The notes under the pieces were generated by a model. It did not search any database, was not told where the DNA came from, and saw only the letters and a program-made list of their open reading frames with translations. This document shows, in pieces, positions 17,795 to 20,000 of a stretch of DNA of 20,000 nt (the first letter of the stretch is position 1; the number at the start of each line of letters is the position of its first letter). Made by a program: the position numbers and the translations under genes. The DNA comes from an uncultured virus (IMG/VR IMGVR_UViG_3300032030_000077) (Duplodnaviria > Heunggongvirae > Uroviricota > Caudoviricetes). The stretch lies in the IMG/VR virus record IMGVR_UViG_3300032030_000077. One strand, written 5' to 3'.

Positions 17795-19015
17795 CTATCT
17801 CCTTCTCACGTTAACCCTTATCGGTTCTACAGGCTCGTTTCCTGATCTATGAAAGTCTATCATGTCAGCTCTGTCTTTGATCTGGGAAAGCTGCATGCTT
17901 TTAACATTATTGATAAGGCTGGCTGCTGATGTAGCAGCAATGGCGGCTGGTAATACCAATCCAGCAACGGGCATTGCTAATACTGCAGGGTTTAATATTA
18001 CCGAACTGATCAACGCACTTCCCAAAACTGAAGAAGCTCCGGCCATGCCTTTACGCTTAGAAATTTCTTTCTTAATTGCCTGGCGGCTTTCGTTATCTAC
18101 ATAACTTCCGTCTTTGTTCGTGTACCTTTTCTTACCTTCGTCAGTTAAGGTTCCATCTTCATTTTGATACCTTCTGACGCCCCATTTCATACCAAGAACG
18201 CCATGATGCTCAAGATAGTCATAAGAATGACTAAGATTAGGACTATAATAACCTTCATGCTGAGGCTTATCCTGATACTTGTAATACAAAGAAATTGCCT
18301 GCTTGATTATTTCGTGTCTTACACTATCAGGCGCCTGCCTCCAATAAGATGGATAAGAATTCCTAACAGTATTTAAAAACGAATCTACTGCTGAAACTGC
18401 ATCTTTATGTCTATGAAGAGCTATAATAAAATCTGGCATTCTTCCAGCTTTACCATTTTTATTAACCAGTACAACATGCATCAAGGCTCTATAAGAATCC
18501 ATTCTATTGCCATCTCTGGTAATATAGCACTTACCAACTTTGTAAGGATACTGTTCTATAGTTGTAGTATTCTTAGTAAGATTAGGCGAATAGTATCCTT
18601 CATGCTGAGCATGCTCAAGATAGTCATCAGTCTCGATCACATCGTCGTCATCATCTGAGTGGTGAAGTTCGGTGTTGAAATGCTGCTGGACATAACGCTC
18701 AATCGCATCAGCAGCGAGCTTTGCCTGACCGGCATCGATCGACGCACGAGAATTAGACTTCCTTACAAGGTAATTTACTATCGCAGTCTTACCGCTTTCG
18801 ATAATCCTTCCAGGAACTTTGGTTCTAGCCTGGGAATTGTCTCTGGAATTTATTAAATCTATTTCAGCATCGCCATGATTCTCTACACGAAAGACACCCT
18901 GGAACAAATATCTGTCTCTCTTATAATCATTGCCCGATCCATTATTCGGAGAATAGTATCCGGCGTGCTGAGCATGGGCTAGAGAATCGCCCTCTCTGAC
19001 AACTAAATATCTCAT
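17795..19015 (-). CDS. Three-module protein with QH(A/E)GYYSPN repeats, one LEH-HGVLGMKWGVRR tag and a C-terminal hydrophobic segment (406 aa)
   Basis: GGAGG SD and ATGA overlap with the upstream gene. QHxGYYSPN at residues 16-24, 137-145 and 252-260, tag at 268-298 and an uncharged stretch at 324-368. Function unknown. Confidence 0.8.
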   Translation of the reverse strand: MRYLVVREGDSLAHAQHAGYYSPNNGSGNDYKRDRYLFQGVFRVENHGDAEIDLINSRDNSQARTKVPGRIIESGKTAIVNYLVRKSNSRASIDAGQAKLAADAIERYVQQHFNTELHHSDDDDDVIETDDYLEHAQHEGYYSPNLTKNTTTIEQYPYKVGKCYITRDGNRMDSYRALMHVVLVNKNGKAGRMPDFIIALHRHKDAVSAVDSFLNTVRNSYPSYWRQAPDSVRHEIIKQAISLYYKYQDKPQHEGYYSPNLSHSYDYLEHHGVLGMKWGVRRYQNEDGTLTDEGKKRYTNKDGSYVDNESRQAIKKEISKRKGMAGASSVLGSALISSVILNPAVLAMPVAGLVLPAAIAATSAASLINNVKSMQLSQIKDRADMIDFHRSGNEPVEPIRVNVRRR

Positions 19016-19344
19016 TCTGTTGATCCTCCGGTATATACAGTCATTGCCGCTATTACTTCGGCATACTTTGCATTTGTTTCCATCTGAGAATCTATAGCTT
19101 CGACTTTCTTCTTCAAAAGAAGGTTTTCATTCCTCAGCTTTTCCAATTCAAGCTGCTTTTCCATCGATCCAAGCTTGAGATAATGGCAAATAACCTGAGA
19201 ACTAGCGGTTCCTTCACGCAACTGCTTCTCTGCAAGGTTTGTAGACAGAGCTATCATTTGATTCTCACGAACTTGTGGATCGATTGCCCTACGGATAGGT
19301 GCAAGTTCCTTTGAGTTTTCTTCTATAAGTTTCTTCCTTCCCAA
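19012..19344 (-). CDS. Conserved small helical phage protein, candidate terminase small subunit (110 aa, TTG start)
   Basis: SD GGAGG at 19354-19358. Motif RENQMIALSTNLAEKQLREGTASSQVICHYLKLGS followed by a coiled coil (QLELEKLRNENLLLKKKVEAI). The gene is well supported, but the terminase assignment rests only on size, architecture and position. Confidence 0.5.
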   Translation of the reverse strand: MGRKKLIEENSKELAPIRRAIDPQVRENQMIALSTNLAEKQLREGTASSQVICHYLKLGSMEKQLELEKLRNENLLLKKKVEAIDSQMETNAKYAEVIAAMTVYTGGSTE

Positions 19345-19371
19345 GACAATCGGCCTCCTTTCCTTATACTT

Positions 19372-19938
19372 TTAGACCCATCTGTGCTGCTTATAGTCAT
19401 ATCTTCTGACTCTAAGCCCACTGTCTCTTAGACGTTCGACATTTAAAGATGTTGCTGAATCCGGGTTATCGTCTTCTGGCTGAACGACTAAACCTCTTGT
19501 AGAATCCTCTGTCATAGCAATATCTTTTTGTCTACGTATTAATCTTTCCTCTGTGTTACCATTATCGCTTATGGTTCTTACTTCCCAACCACCGACATTG
19601 TTTCTAACCTGAGGATCTGTTGTGTAAACTATTACATTAGAATATCCTTTTTCTGCAAGGTATTCCTGAACTCTGGTATCTGCTCCAGGAGCATCACCTA
19701 TGAGTACTTGAGAATTGGCAGCTATGATCTTATCGACTTCTTCTTTAAGGTTGTCGTCAAGTGGCTTGTCATAGCTAACCTTACCTGAAACGAAAACCTT
19801 ATCATCGGAAGAATATCTTCTACGATCTCTGGCTCTGTCGCGAGCCCTGCCTAAAGGTGTGTGAGTTCCATCGGGATTCTGGTACCGACGAACGCCCCAT
19901 TTTTGGCCTTTGACACCATGGTGCTCTAAAAAGTCCAT
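19372..19938 (-). CDS. LEH-HGVKGQKWGVRR-tagged SLOG-superfamily (YspA/DprA-like Rossmannoid) nucleotide-binding protein, 188 aa
   Basis: SD GGAGGT at 19947-19952. After the tag come KVFVSG (strand 1), VLIGDAPGADTRVQEYL (G-x-A-x-G-A-D loop-helix), RRQKDIAM and SATSLNV, in the order expected for SLOG domains. Confidence 0.7.
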   Translation of the reverse strand: MDFLEHHGVKGQKWGVRRYQNPDGTHTPLGRARDRARDRRRYSSDDKVFVSGKVSYDKPLDDNLKEEVDKIIAANSQVLIGDAPGADTRVQEYLAEKGYSNVIVYTTDPQVRNNVGGWEVRTISDNGNTEERLIRRQKDIAMTEDSTRGLVVQPEDDNPDSATSLNVERLRDSGLRVRRYDYKQHRWV

Positions 19939-20000
19939 TTCACGATACCTCCCGTTTTGGAATTGTTTTTACGAAATCGACCGCCGGAGAAAATATAAAG

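Noticed and set aside
103..18856. Numerous plus-strand ORFs of 60-194 aa in the ORF track
   Set aside because: All are antisense shadows of long, well-supported minus-strand genes, with no recognisable motifs.
19960..20000. GC core flanked by A/T runs at the window edge as a possible genome end or packaging site
   Set aside because: Truncated by the window boundary, so nothing here can establish it.
1..20000. CRISPR array, tRNA, rRNA, integrase, transposase or reverse transcriptase/DGR
   Set aside because: No regularly spaced repeats, RNA gene signatures or catalytic motifs were seen. The repeated tags are coding and differ at synonymous positions rather than specifically at adenines.

Overview
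Virion morphogenesis region of a long-tailed dsDNA phage or prophage (siphovirus-like, about 40% GC, strong AGGAGG-type ribosome binding sites suggesting a Bacillota host, which is inference). All convincing genes are on the minus strand. In transcription order (right to left): SLOG-domain protein, small helical protein (possible terminase small subunit), 406-aa modular protein, major tail protein, tail chaperone 1, 734-aa modular protein, portal, prohead protease-scaffold-major capsid fusion, tail chaperone 2, HK97 gp10-like protein, 2675-aa tape measure, distal tail protein and a truncated Gp37-like tail-tip protein. The main signal is a repeated junction grammar, 'x-x-H-S / acidic spacer / L-E-H-(A/H)'. 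It punctuates the protease-capsid precursor and the accessory proteins, and three accessory proteins carry a shared HG(I/V)xGxKWG(I/V)RR(F/Y)QNxDG tag fused to unrelated cargo domains. This suggests a modular system of protease-processed, capsid-packaged cargo polyproteins, with one low-GC cargo inserted inside the capsid gene itself. Also seen: a strand-polarised TCAAAATG octamer, two terminators sharing a loop sequence, a 40-bp G-U-rich hairpin, nested starts in the capsid gene and a shuffled head/tail gene order. Family assignments come from motif recognition, not database searches.
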